IMG/VR virus record: IMGVR_UViG_3300044959_000237
Coordinates: 47,269 to 111,268 of that record
Reading direction: 5' to 3' (one strand)
DNA from: a virus
Length of the DNA: 64,000 bases
Part shown: positions 40,079-50,175 of the stretch, piece after piece
Position numbering within the stretch: the stretch's first letter is position 1
Layout: each line of letters opens with the position of its first letter
Translations under genes and position numbers: made by a program
The notes under the pieces: generated by a model
The model's input: the letters and a program-made list of their open reading frames with translations, nothing else
Told to the model about the DNA's origin: nothing
Databases searched by the model: none

Positions 40079-40516
40079 ATGAAAACAAGTAAAAAAGGAT
40101 TGGAACTCATCGCCGAATTCGAAGGATTTTCACCGACAATTTACAAGGATGTTGCAGGATATCCCACAATAGGTTTCGGTCATTTGTTGAAAGAAAACGA
40201 AGAAAAATTGTTTCAAAACGGAATTACAAAAGAACAGGCATATGAACTTTTAGCCAAAGATGTAAAAGAAGCAGAAAATGCAATAATCAAATATGTTCGT
40301 GTTCCTCTTACACAAAATCAATTCGATGCTCTTGTCTCGTTTGTTTACAATGTCGGCAGTGGAAACTTTCAGAAAAGTACTTTATTGAAAGAATTGAATG
40401 CAAAAAATTATGCAAAAGCAGCAGACGAATTTCTCAAATGGACAAAAGCAGGTGGAAAAGAATATAAGGGGTTGGTAAGAAGAAGACAGAAAGAAAGAGA
40501 ACTTTTTTTGTCGTGA
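40079..40516 (+). CDS. Lysozyme/endolysin, GH24
   Basis: E-x8-D-x5-T triad in FEGFSPTIYKDVAGYPTIGFGH; QFDALVSFVYNVG; GLVRRR. Confidence 0.96.
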   Translation: MKTSKKGLELIAEFEGFSPTIYKDVAGYPTIGFGHLLKENEEKLFQNGITKEQAYELLAKDVKEAENAIIKYVRVPLTQNQFDALVSFVYNVGSGNFQKSTLLKELNAKNYAKAADEFLKWTKAGGKEYKGLVRRRQKERELFLS

Positions 40517-40522
40517 TTGTTT

Positions 40523-40867
40523 TTACTTTCTGAATACAATTTGATATTCGACACCATCGACAGTAAAGTTGTACAGCTGTCCATCAGCAGATAGAGTATT
40601 TTCCAAAATTGGATTCCCTGGTGCAAAAACCAATGCAGTTGTCGGTGTTGTAATCAAATTGACCGGGAAAGTACTTCCTTGAATCAAAAAGTTTGCACTT
40701 GCAACTTCCATTATGACTTTATTGACAACATCTGAACTTACAATAGTATACGTAGTTTCACTTGTAACGAATATTTCTACATATGGAGCGTTATTGTACA
40801 ACCAAGATCCTCTTGAAGGAAAAATTTCCAAACTTGAAAATTTTTTGAAATGACCTTTCAATATCAT
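40523..40867 (-). CDS. Small probable virion protein
   Basis: T/V-rich 114 aa; exact TATAAATA at 40911-40918. Confidence 0.55.
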   Translation of the reverse strand: MILKGHFKKFSSLEIFPSRGSWLYNNAPYVEIFVTSETTYTIVSSDVVNKVIMEVASANFLIQGSTFPVNLITTPTTALVFAPGNPILENTLSADGQLYNFTVDGVEYQIVFRK

Positions 40868-41089
40868 GATTGTTATTCTCCCTGTTCTTTATATTTTAAT
40901 TGATCATTTTTATTTATATTCAATTAAAATAAAAAAATTCTCTAACAAGATTGAAATCTTCTATTATCACAAAAAAAATATTCTATTGGAACACGAAGCA
41001 AAGTTGAAATTTGTGAACTTTTCAATAGAAATATACAAATATTTATGTATTTTTGCATATCATTTGTCGAAATACCATGACTTGTTTCG

Positions 41090-41461
41090 TCATGTTTTTC
41101 CTCTTTTCAGAATACTCAATTTCATTTCCAGTTTTTTACAATGTTTTTCCAAAGTTTTTTCAATATGTCGTAATCCGTCGAGAGGATTACATTTACCACA
41201 TGTGTATATGTCGATTGCCATGAAATTGTGTTCTGGCCAAGTATGTATCGAAATGTGACTTTCAGCCAAACCCACTATACATGTATAACCATTGTTTTCG
41301 AAACAGTGATCGTTCACAAACAAAACAGTTGCCTCCATTTTCTTCGCAGCATCGACAAGCAAATTTCTGATATATGAAAAATCATTGAAAATATTTTCAC
41401 TGATTTCATGCATCCATATATCAGAAATTACATGAGTTCCGTAATCAATGACTCGATTCAT
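41090..41461 (-). CDS. speD: S-adenosylmethionine decarboxylase proenzyme
   Basis: LAESHISIHTWPE self-cleavage motif, DIYTCG. Confidence 0.95.
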   Translation of the reverse strand: MNRVIDYGTHVISDIWMHEISENIFNDFSYIRNLLVDAAKKMEATVLFVNDHCFENNGYTCIVGLAESHISIHTWPEHNFMAIDIYTCGKCNPLDGLRHIEKTLEKHCKKLEMKLSILKRGKT

Positions 41462-41486
41462 TCTTTTTTACCCTCGATTTCTCTTC

Positions 41487-41840
41487 TTATTTGACATTCT
41501 TTACAACACTATATATGTATTTTTTCCAGACTTGATATATGTTCTTGACCTCGATTTTCTCTTCCATGACAAATTTGCTTTCATTTTCATCGAGTATTTT
41601 GATGTAGAAATTTTTGTGCCATGGAAATTTTCTGTTGAATTCAACTATGTCTTCCAAGATCAATTTTTTGTTATTGATTGTCATTTCGATTATGGCATGA
41701 CATTCCGTTCCGAGATCATGACCATTGCAAAGAAGCTCGATACTTTTTATACAATACAGTTCTTTTACATTGATTTTGAAATGTTTTACAATCGAGTCGA
41801 AAATATCGAAAATAGACTTTTTCGTTATCTGATATTTCAT
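41487..41840 (-). CDS. Hypothetical protein
   Basis: 117 aa ORF. Confidence 0.55.
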   Translation of the reverse strand: MKYQITKKSIFDIFDSIVKHFKINVKELYCIKSIELLCNGHDLGTECHAIIEMTINNKKLILEDIVEFNRKFPWHKNFYIKILDENESKFVMEEKIEVKNIYQVWKKYIYSVVKNVK

Positions 41841-41973
41841 GTTTTTCCGTTCCGAAATTTTTCTGGAAAATTATACGAGTTCGAAATCGTTTGTCAACGG
41901 AAAAAAAAACATTGACAAATTCGATGCGAAAGCTTACAAATGAAAATAACAGGAGTAACTTGAAAGTAAAATC

Positions 41974-42264
41974 ATGCCACTTGTTCGAGACTATTCGAAA
42001 TTTGAAAAAAATCTGATCGAAGCCAGAAATATCATCGTTGAACAACAGAATCTTATTGTGAAAATTTACAACAGCAAAAAAGAAAAACGTGGCATTTTGA
42101 AAAAGTTCGACAATCTCAACAGAAAAATCGAAGAACTCAGAAAAATTTACAATGAAATAATCATTTTCATCAAAACCAAGAAAAGTGAAGATCTGATTGA
42201 AAACAAACTCGAAGAATTCAACAGAATTCGTGAGCAGATCGAGTTCGACATTCTCACTCTTTGA
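41974..42264 (+). CDS. Small coiled-coil protein
   Basis: 96 aa; TTGACA-17-TACAAA promoter at ~41912-41940. Confidence 0.6.
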   Translation: MPLVRDYSKFEKNLIEARNIIVEQQNLIVKIYNSKKEKRGILKKFDNLNRKIEELRKIYNEIIIFIKTKKSEDLIENKLEEFNRIREQIEFDILTL

Positions 42265-42287
42265 ATATAAAATCGAAAAAAAAACAA

Positions 42288-43856
42288 TCAAAGAACTATT
42301 ACAGGCATTGGTTCTTTCGAATTTTCTTTTTCGAGATCATCGAAATCTTCTTCGCGGCCTTTTAAATTTTTCTCCGGACCATAATATCTTCCAATGATCA
42401 TGTAAAGACGAATCACTACCAAAATTGCAGAAACAAGATCATCTTCACAACCTCTTTTTGCAGAAAAATTGCTACCGGTTCTCACGTAATTTTTCAATTC
42501 TGAAATCAGAAGTCTGCTATTCAAACTTATTTCATTTGTTTCGACAAGTCTCTTGAATCTCGCACAGGCTGCCATTTTATTTTTTGTTGTTGTGATAAGT
42601 CCTTTTCTTCTTTTTCTTTTTATCTGTCCCGGTACTTTGGGTTCATTTATCAATATTCCATCGATTTTTTCTTCGCCAATCTCCTTCAAAAGAGAAACTA
42701 TGGCTTCACCGATACCATTGTTTTCGAAACTCCAATATATTTCGTTGTTCTTGAGCTGTTTCAGACAACTACAAATGTATTTTATTACCGATAACTGATT
42801 TTTTACATCCGATTTGTTGTCAGACCATTCGGCAATCTGACACATATCATCCAAACGAAATACCTGAATTGCCGAATGATCTCCTCCAGTACCCGTTGCC
42901 GGATCCAGACCTATCAGATAAACACTCGAAGGAGACAAAGGTTCGTACCATCTCAGTTTTCCGTTCATTTCCGTTCTGATTGGATTTTTTCCTTTCAGAT
43001 TGTACAAAACAATCTGATCGATCAAGGTTTCGTCACTTTGAATGAACGAACAATTACATTCTCTTTCGAAGATTTCTCTTCCGAGAATCGATATCTGATC
43101 GGCAGCCCATTTTTCGTCTCTTTCCGGATGTGCATTCCATTTGAATGTTATGGCCTTGTATCCGTTTTCTCCAATTCCTCCCGGTCTTTCCATACCATTT
43201 TCGTCACATGTTTTCGTAGCAGCAAAATATATTTTTGCAAACAAATCTTCATCGGAATTTGGCGTACTTGTTATTATACACTGTCCACCCGTGGACAATG
43301 TTGGTTGAACAGCACTCCAGAATTCTTCTGCTATTTTTGGTGGTACGAATGCGAACTCGTCCAGATACAACAAACTCAAACTCAAACCTCTGGCTGCATT
43401 TGGACTCGTAGCTCTACTCAGAATTCTGCTGCCATTGTCGAATTCGATCGAACCTTTGTTGTATGTTATAACTCCCGGTTTGATCCACTCGGGCAATTCT
43501 TCATACGCGTATCTTACTCTGTGCATGATTTCAAGAGCCTGTCTTTCGAGTTGTGCAAGTATGAGTATTGTTTGATTGTCCTGAAATATGGATTTCCATA
43601 AAATATAACATGCTGCACAAGTGGTTTTTCCCATTTGTCTTGCTGTCAATGCAATGACATTTTTGTAATCGTGAAATGTTTTTATGATTTCTTTTTGAAA
43701 ATCGTAGGGACGAAATTTGTCAGCACCACGAAATGTCTGTATGGTAAAGAAATTTTCGGCAAAATAAAGGGGATCTTTTATACATAACGAAAGATGTTTT
43801 ATTTTTTCCTTGTCGAAAGCCGATTTTTGTCCAGCTTTCTTTAACAGTGATTCCAT
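42288..43856 (-). CDS. terL: Terminase large subunit (gp17-like)
   Basis: ARQMGKT, LLYLDEFAF, TSTPN, IGLDPA, DDLV. Confidence 0.96.
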   Translation of the reverse strand: MESLLKKAGQKSAFDKEKIKHLSLCIKDPLYFAENFFTIQTFRGADKFRPYDFQKEIIKTFHDYKNVIALTARQMGKTTCAACYILWKSIFQDNQTILILAQLERQALEIMHRVRYAYEELPEWIKPGVITYNKGSIEFDNGSRILSRATSPNAARGLSLSLLYLDEFAFVPPKIAEEFWSAVQPTLSTGGQCIITSTPNSDEDLFAKIYFAATKTCDENGMERPGGIGENGYKAITFKWNAHPERDEKWAADQISILGREIFERECNCSFIQSDETLIDQIVLYNLKGKNPIRTEMNGKLRWYEPLSPSSVYLIGLDPATGTGGDHSAIQVFRLDDMCQIAEWSDNKSDVKNQLSVIKYICSCLKQLKNNEIYWSFENNGIGEAIVSLLKEIGEEKIDGILINEPKVPGQIKRKRRKGLITTTKNKMAACARFKRLVETNEISLNSRLLISELKNYVRTGSNFSAKRGCEDDLVSAILVVIRLYMIIGRYYGPEKNLKGREEDFDDLEKENSKEPMPVIVL

Positions 43857-43936
43857 TTTTTTCGAATCAGTTTGTTTTTTTATTTACATATTTCAAAGTT
43901 GAAAAAAATTTTCTTCGATTCAATTGCAGATTTTTT

Positions 43937-44866
43937 TCATTCCTGATTGTTTTCTTTGTATTCTTTTTTCAGATATTCGTAATATCGAGAAAGAAGTTTT
44001 CCTTCGAGACTTCCTTTTTCCAACGGATTGTCTGCAGACCAAGCTTTTGTATATCTGTTTTCGAGATCATCTTCGTAACGACGATTTATGTCACCAATAT
44101 AATGATATTCTCTTGGTTCATCTCTACAGCAATCATAATCTACACATTCATTCAGTTCCATCAAATCCATGACTTCTTTTTCTGCTTCTGGACGTGAAAA
44201 TCCCAAACTTACAAGTTCTGTGACAAAATCGTCTATCAGAGTTGGCCATTGTTCGTTTGGCACAGATGCCAAAATATTACTTTTTTCAATTTTCCATTTT
44301 CTAAGATCTATATTTTCCGGTTCATAATCGTATGGAGTGTCTGGAAATTCGAGTTTTTTGTCGAATTTTTTCGAAGCATTTTTCACATTTGCAACACAAT
44401 TGCAGGAACTTTCATCGCATGAACAATCGCCATTACATGAACAATTTTCGCCACATGAACATTTCTTCGATTCTTCTTCATCGCTCGGTGGTTTCAAAAT
44501 TCCCGACAAAATCAAAATTTCCCTGATTTCATCTATGTCCTTTTCATCTTTTACATTGGCAGCATGTATACTCAGAATTTCTTCCTTGTGAACGTTGATG
44601 TTATTCGATCTGTTTTCATCATTGGAAATCAAAGCCTTTACTTCCAGATGAACTTTTTCTTCACCAGAAGACTGGGAATCGGAAACAACGCCGGCCAATT
44701 TCAACAAACGATTCAATTCTTCTTCATTTTCTGTTTCATAATCACAAGTAAAACTTGGTTCTTCGCTATTTGTGTCATATCTGCTGACTTTCATTGTATA
44801 CTTTTTGTAGAAATTCTTGAAAGAATTGTTATTTTCTTCCATTATCTTCAGCTCCATCGTTTTCAT
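43937..44866 (-). CDS. Acidic probable head protein with a Cys-rich cluster
   Basis: RLLKLAGV / ILILSGI repeats, CSCGENCSCNGDCSCDESSCNC, DNPL near the C-terminus. Confidence 0.6.
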   Translation of the reverse strand: MKTMELKIMEENNNSFKNFYKKYTMKVSRYDTNSEEPSFTCDYETENEEELNRLLKLAGVVSDSQSSGEEKVHLEVKALISNDENRSNNINVHKEEILSIHAANVKDEKDIDEIREILILSGILKPPSDEEESKKCSCGENCSCNGDCSCDESSCNCVANVKNASKKFDKKLEFPDTPYDYEPENIDLRKWKIEKSNILASVPNEQWPTLIDDFVTELVSLGFSRPEAEKEVMDLMELNECVDYDCCRDEPREYHYIGDINRRYEDDLENRYTKAWSADNPLEKGSLEGKLLSRYYEYLKKEYKENNQE

Positions 44867-45710
44867 TCGAATTTTTGATTGTTCTCAAACTTTTTGGCAT
44901 GGAAACAAATTCTATTTTCTTTCCTTCGATACCTCTGTAGGGTTTACTTATTACCTTGTTGTTGTAGAACGTACCGTATTTCAGTTGCATTTCATCGGCA
45001 ACCGTTTTGACTCTTGTCAATTCTTCATCATCTTCTTTTACAGAATTTACAGGATATACTTTGGGAGAATCCTTGATATGATAATTGAAATCATTTTCTC
45101 CATATTTTGGTTCCGGTTTTCTATCCCATAACCAACCGAACAATGCCCGATTCGATTCATCTTTGTAAACTCTGTTCGGTCTTTTGTTTTCCATGGTCGA
45201 AAGAAACTTTTTGAAAGCTTCGTTGTATCTTTGCCCGGCAATGGTATCTCCGGGTATTACCGTTTCGTTTTCCATATAATGTGAATCTGTCGAAAGTCTC
45301 GAAGCTTTTTCCAACCCTTCTTCTCTGGCTTTCTGTTCCATGTCGATAATGGTGGAAACATACTCGTTGGTCTGTTCACGAGGATCGAACATGGTTATGA
45401 CTACAAGATTTTCATCGGGAATTTTGAGAACAATACGAAGTTCTTCAGATAAAATATAACTTGAAACCGGTATTGTAAGAAGTGCATCTATATACCAGAT
45501 TTCCGATCCTTCGATATGACCAAAATGAAGTGGATTTTTCTGAAAAATGGTCTTTTTGACCTCCGACATTTCGATCATGCGATATTTGTACAAATGAGAC
45601 TGTATCAATTGATACATTGTTTCGGTAATAGGAATACAAGTTTTTATTCTTACCGGATAAACATATTTACTCATACATTCGTATAGTACTTTTTTGAAAC
45701 TCATTTTCAT
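44829..45710 (-). CDS. Probable virion structural protein
   Basis: MKMSFKKVLYE N-terminus; late-type AATAAATA at 45731-45738. Confidence 0.55.
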   Translation of the reverse strand: MKMSFKKVLYECMSKYVYPVRIKTCIPITETMYQLIQSHLYKYRMIEMSEVKKTIFQKNPLHFGHIEGSEIWYIDALLTIPVSSYILSEELRIVLKIPDENLVVITMFDPREQTNEYVSTIIDMEQKAREEGLEKASRLSTDSHYMENETVIPGDTIAGQRYNEAFKKFLSTMENKRPNRVYKDESNRALFGWLWDRKPEPKYGENDFNYHIKDSPKVYPVNSVKEDDEELTRVKTVADEMQLKYGTFYNNKVISKPYRGIEGKKIEFVSMPKSLRTIKNSNENDGAEDNGRK

Positions 45711-45733
45711 TTTCCCAAATCATTCCATTATAT

Positions 45734-46273
45734 TTATTCTTTTGCTTCTTCTTCGTTGTTTTTTGTTTTCATGGTATCATTTTCTCGATGATTTTCCTGA
45801 TGATTTTCATTGTTTTCCAATTCCATGAGCAATTTCAGAATTTTGTTTCTGTCTTCTACGAAAACATTCGAATTTTCTTCATTTTCCAACAATCCACCTC
45901 GAAGTTCATACAATCTTATTTTTCTTTCTTCGAGTAACAATCTTTTTTTCGAAATTTTCAATCTTTCGAGTTCCAAAAGTTTGTTTATTTTGTTGTTTTC
46001 CGAATTCATGGCTATACTCAATGCATCTATGGCTGGTTTCAAATATTGTTCGGCAACTTTCGGTTCCGCTTCCATTCCGGCTTCCAGAAGTTTCTCGTAT
46101 GCATCCAAAGCTTTTTCTTTTATCATGTCAATTTCTGACAAAAAAATTTCATCTTTTGAAAACACTACAGAATTTTTGTCGAAATAGTCCGAATTCGATT
46201 CGGTTTCGTCGTTTTTTTCTTCTTCATCGCAAATATCGAAAAGTTCTTCCAGTTTCTTGTTTATGTTACTCAT
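45734..46273 (-). CDS. Probable terminase small subunit
   Basis: Helical 179 aa, ALDAYEKLLEAGM...NKINKLLEL...VEDRNKILKLL; near terL. Confidence 0.6.
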   Translation of the reverse strand: MSNINKKLEELFDICDEEEKNDETESNSDYFDKNSVVFSKDEIFLSEIDMIKEKALDAYEKLLEAGMEAEPKVAEQYLKPAIDALSIAMNSENNKINKLLELERLKISKKRLLLEERKIRLYELRGGLLENEENSNVFVEDRNKILKLLMELENNENHQENHRENDTMKTKNNEEEAKE

Positions 46274-46731
46274 TTTCTTCTCTTTCTGTTTTTTGGATTG
46301 TAGAATAATTCTTCTTCTGTCAGAACACGAAAATTCATTCCTCTTTTTTTACAGAAAATCTGAGCATTTTTCCATTTTTCTGCGTTTATATACAATGCTA
46401 TTTGATCTTTTTTGCTTCTGGCTTCTGATAACAAAGTTTCACTTTTGGGTTTTATTTCTATAATTTCAGCCTTGATTTTTCCTTTCCTGTCTATATATTT
46501 CACGAAAAAATCAGGAACATAATTTTTGATTTTTCCATCTATCGGACTTTTGTACGGTATGATAATGGATTCACTCGACCAATTTATGATGGAGGGTGAG
46601 TTATCCAGAAATTTCATGAATTCCCTTTCCCAACTGCTACGATATATTATGGGATATTTTCCAATGTATTTTTTGGTATTTCTTGGAATGAACTGACCTT
46701 GTATGTATTTGCCATTCGAACGAATATTCAT
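46270..46731 (-). CDS. Head completion nuclease gp4-like (TnsA N-terminal PD-(D/E)xK fold)
   Basis: YRSSWE, WSSE, YVPDF, IIEIKP, KWKNA. Confidence 0.88.
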   Translation of the reverse strand: MNIRSNGKYIQGQFIPRNTKKYIGKYPIIYRSSWEREFMKFLDNSPSIINWSSESIIIPYKSPIDGKIKNYVPDFFVKYIDRKGKIKAEIIEIKPKSETLLSEARSKKDQIALYINAEKWKNAQIFCKKRGMNFRVLTEEELFYNPKNRKRRK

Positions 46732-46744
46732 TTTTCTTTTCTGC

Positions 46745-47905
46745 TCAGTAAAGTATCAGTTTCTTTCTGAGAATATCGGAAGAAAAATCGCTTTCTTTCT
46801 TTTTTCCCACGCTTGCTGTTCTGCTTTCGAGAATTCGATTGAAATTTTCAATATCACTACTATTTATGGATACATTGCCGAAATTTACGTTCTTCTTTTC
46901 CGATCCGCTGAAAAATTCATATTCATTTTTACCAAAAGGATTGAATGAAGATGTTCTGGAAGGTTTTTCCAATATTGGAGCTTTTGTTATTGGTTTCGAA
47001 GAATTTACGAATACATTCTTTCTTCCTTGCAATCCGCTTTTCATGAAAGCATCTCTGTTGTCTTTGAACAGAGTTTCCAAATTCGATGTATTCGAAAAAC
47101 TTTCGACTTCCAGAAATTCTCCAATATCCTTACGTCTGCCTGTCTGTTCGAGAATTTCTTCGGTAATTTCCTGATTTACGGCTTCCCAAACCACGCCTTC
47201 GTAAGAAAAAGTCAAGGTTATATATTGTGGCGAGCCCATATCCCGATAACTGTTCGTATCATATGAAAAAGATGTTATTTTCGGATGTATCAACGAGTAT
47301 TTGTTGAATTTCTTATGATTGAATTCGTAAACTTCCAATTTTTCGAAAAAATAATTCGATGAAAAGGAAAAAACATTATCGGTAGCTATTTCCATAGATG
47401 GTGGATTGAAACCGAAATCTTTGTCTTTACTTGCAGGAATATATTCTGCCGTGGTAACGTCGTAATTCCAGCTTTGAAGACTGGCATGACCGTCGCCATA
47501 GTAATATTGAAAATAATCGTGAAACATCGAAAAAACTTTCTGATCCACAGTATCGAACAAAGTGACGGTTACAGGACTGTAATCGACTCGACTTTGAACA
47601 ATTCTTTTTTTGTTGTATTGATTCAATGTAGAAGTATTGAAATTGAGTGAAGGTCTTGTTATACTTTCCACAAGAAGACTTATGCCATCTTGCCAATTGG
47701 AGTAATTTTTGTTGAAAGTCAGATCGTTTCTTACAAAATTTACCCAGAAAAGAAATCGATATCTTGGTACTCGATTGAGTTTGGTATTGAATAAACTGAA
47801 TACCTTTGGAGCAATTTTGTTCGATTTCGTGTACAGATTCGGTTCAGGAGAAGTTTTTCCTACGGCAAAATTTATGTTTTTTTCCTGTTCTTTCGATGTT
47901 GGCAT
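46745..47905 (-). CDS. Tail tube-like / baseplate-tube junction protein
   Basis: PRYRFLF, TLNQYNKKR, YSPVTVTLFD, ITLTFSYE; TATAAATA at 47944-47951; ATG 47905 preferred. Confidence 0.65.
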   Translation of the reverse strand: MPTSKEQEKNINFAVGKTSPEPNLYTKSNKIAPKVFSLFNTKLNRVPRYRFLFWVNFVRNDLTFNKNYSNWQDGISLLVESITRPSLNFNTSTLNQYNKKRIVQSRVDYSPVTVTLFDTVDQKVFSMFHDYFQYYYGDGHASLQSWNYDVTTAEYIPASKDKDFGFNPPSMEIATDNVFSFSSNYFFEKLEVYEFNHKKFNKYSLIHPKITSFSYDTNSYRDMGSPQYITLTFSYEGVVWEAVNQEITEEILEQTGRRKDIGEFLEVESFSNTSNLETLFKDNRDAFMKSGLQGRKNVFVNSSKPITKAPILEKPSRTSSFNPFGKNEYEFFSGSEKKNVNFGNVSINSSDIENFNRILESRTASVGKKKESDFSSDILRKKLILY

Positions 47906-47966
47906 TTTTTCTTCCAAAAATAAATAATTGAAAATTTCACAATTATTTATACAAGGAGAAATTCGT

Positions 47967-48449
47967 ATGGAAAATACCAGAAAATTGGTCAATTCATTAC
48001 ATCTGTTGATAGCTACGGAAATGGAAATAGTATTCTGTACTCAAATTGCTCACTGGAACGTAAATGGAACGGAATTTTACAGTCTTCATAAAATGCTCGG
48101 CGATCAATACGAAGAATTTTTCGAAGAAATCGACAAAATTGCAGAAATAATAAGAACATTGAATTATGAAGTATCGAAACAGAAGATATTGAAATGTAAG
48201 ATCATGCATCATGAAAAAATGAAAAAAATGTTCCACAATTGGAATGAAAGTCGTGAAACAAATGAAAACAGAGAAATGTTGAAAAATCTCGTCGAATGTC
48301 ACAAATGTGCATTGGATTGCATAAATTATTCATTGATGCTTTGTAATTTCGACAGTTCGAATTTCGAAAGTGAAAAGAATTATCTTGGTGAACTTCAGGG
48401 AAGACACAAAAAAGCGATATGGTTTTTGAAATCTTCATTGACTTCGTAA
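47967..48449 (+). CDS. dps: Dps family ferritin-like protein
   Basis: HWNVNGTEFYSLHKML, DKIAE, HKKAIWFL; AAGGAG SD before ATG 47967. Confidence 0.92.
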   Translation: MENTRKLVNSLHLLIATEMEIVFCTQIAHWNVNGTEFYSLHKMLGDQYEEFFEEIDKIAEIIRTLNYEVSKQKILKCKIMHHEKMKKMFHNWNESRETNENREMLKNLVECHKCALDCINYSLMLCNFDSSNFESEKNYLGELQGRHKKAIWFLKSSLTS

Positions 48450-48561
48450 AAAAATCGAATATCATGAATTGTGCAATTCGATTCGATCGATTTTCGACGA
48501 ATTCGGTCGTTCGACATGAGCGGTTGTAAAAAATCGAAAAAATTCGATATGGAGATGAATT

Positions 48562-49446
48562 ATGAAAGAAATCGAGTGCAACTCTTCGAAATTTTTCGAA
48601 TTCTGGTTCGAAAATATTCTGAAAAATTCCAATCTGTCATCGAGTGAATACTCGAATTCGATTCGAAAAAATTTCGAAGAAAACAACTCGAAACGCATGA
48701 TCTTTCTAATGGAAAATTTTTCGGAAATTCTGTTTCTGCTTTCGAAAAAGCACAATTTCGACAATTATCTGATTCATTTGAAAAAAGACGAATGCAGAAC
48801 ATTGGATACGAATCTCTATTTGCGAAATATCGAAAATACGATAATTGTGAACAACAACAAAAACTGTAAAGATTTTTCGTTTTTCATCAATTCGACGAAC
48901 AATTTCGAGTATGTTTTTTCGAATCTCGAATTTCATTTTTTTGTATTTGCAGATCTTTTCCATGTAATGAAAAGGAACAATTTTTCTTTCGAGAAAAAAG
49001 AAATCGATATCGAAGAGTACTTGAAAGAAAATTTTCGAATTTCAATGGTCGATTTCTCTTCGACGAAATCGTTTTCCAATCTGCAATGGCCGAAAGAAAT
49101 CTTCGAAAAAAGAATTCTGAATTTTTTCGAAGAATTGAATTTTTCGAATTCCACGAAAAAACATTTTCTTTATTATATCAATTATTACAATCAAAGTTAT
49201 TCTCCCTACATTCCGAACAGAAAGAAACAGAATGATATTATTTTGAAAATGTTGAAAAATTCCGATTCCAGAACTCATGTGAGAATTGTGAATTATTTCC
49301 ACAATGATTTCGATGCTCGAATTTTCGACTTCGAAGAATCGAATAAAATACTGAACATTTCATCGGTACCAGAGTATGATTTCGTATTTCTTTCTTTCGT
49401 ATATTCTCTGCAAAATTTTTTTCGAAAATTGAATTTCGACTATTGA
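48562..49446 (+). CDS. Hypothetical protein
   Basis: 294 aa ORF, GGAG SD. Confidence 0.55.
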   Translation: MKEIECNSSKFFEFWFENILKNSNLSSSEYSNSIRKNFEENNSKRMIFLMENFSEILFLLSKKHNFDNYLIHLKKDECRTLDTNLYLRNIENTIIVNNNKNCKDFSFFINSTNNFEYVFSNLEFHFFVFADLFHVMKRNNFSFEKKEIDIEEYLKENFRISMVDFSSTKSFSNLQWPKEIFEKRILNFFEELNFSNSTKKHFLYYINYYNQSYSPYIPNRKKQNDIILKMLKNSDSRTHVRIVNYFHNDFDARIFDFEESNKILNISSVPEYDFVFLSFVYSLQNFFRKLNFDY

Positions 49447-49459
49447 CTTGTTCGAAACA

Positions 49460-49858
49460 ATGAATATCATACCTTGTACAGAAAAAAAACGGAGAGAAAA
49501 GAGTATGTATTCGGGTATCTGGATTACCAATATTCACAAAAAAGAGTTTGAAAAAGATGAACAGAAATTTGCATGGTATTTCGATATACTGAGAAAAACT
49601 CTGATCGGTCCTCCTCGTTCGACAAGAAATTTTTCGTCAGAAGAACTTACTGAAAAAGGTTACGTAGGTCTTTATTCTACGGAAAAACTTTCTTTGAAAG
49701 AATTCGAATTGCTTGGTGGAAATCTTTCTCTTGGTTCGATCAAAAAGAAAAAAGTCAAAAAATTGATCACAATGGAAGAATTCGATGATGAGGAAGATTT
49801 CTTTGTCAATGAATTCAAGAATGATCCGAATATTCTGGAATTGGATGAAGATTCGTAA
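49460..49858 (+). CDS. Hypothetical protein
   Basis: ORF with phage-like composition and acidic tail. Confidence 0.55.
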   Translation: MNIIPCTEKKRREKSMYSGIWITNIHKKEFEKDEQKFAWYFDILRKTLIGPPRSTRNFSSEELTEKGYVGLYSTEKLSLKEFELLGGNLSLGSIKKKKVKKLITMEEFDDEEDFFVNEFKNDPNILELDEDS

Positions 49859-49910
49859 AAAGAAGAATTTTTCATGAACGAATTCGAAAAATTCGAAAGA
49901 TCTTCAAAAA

Positions 49911-49973
49911 ACAGAAAAAACAGAAAAAACAGAAAATACAGAAAATACAGAAAATACAGAAAATACAGAAAAT
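49911..49973 (+). repeat. 9-bp tandem repeat ACAGAAAAW x7
   Basis: Two ACAGAAAAA units then five ACAGAAAAT units. Confidence 0.85.
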
Positions 49974-50175
49974 TTTCTAAAAAAAATGAAAAATCCGAAA
50001 ATTTGGAGAAAATTCTTCGAACTTTTCGAAGTTATTTTTATGTTTATCAATTTCTTGTGAAATATTTTTTCAGTTCGAAAAACAAAATCGATATCAAAAT
50101 CTGATATTTTTCAAATCGACAGAAAATTTGGAATATTTCGAAATATCGATTGTTTTCATGTTTTTTTTTCAAGTT

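Noticed and set aside
46270-46731. Tn7 transposon (TnsA)
   Set aside because: Context between TerS-like and tail genes identifies it as the T4 gp4-like head completion nuclease; no other transposition genes are present
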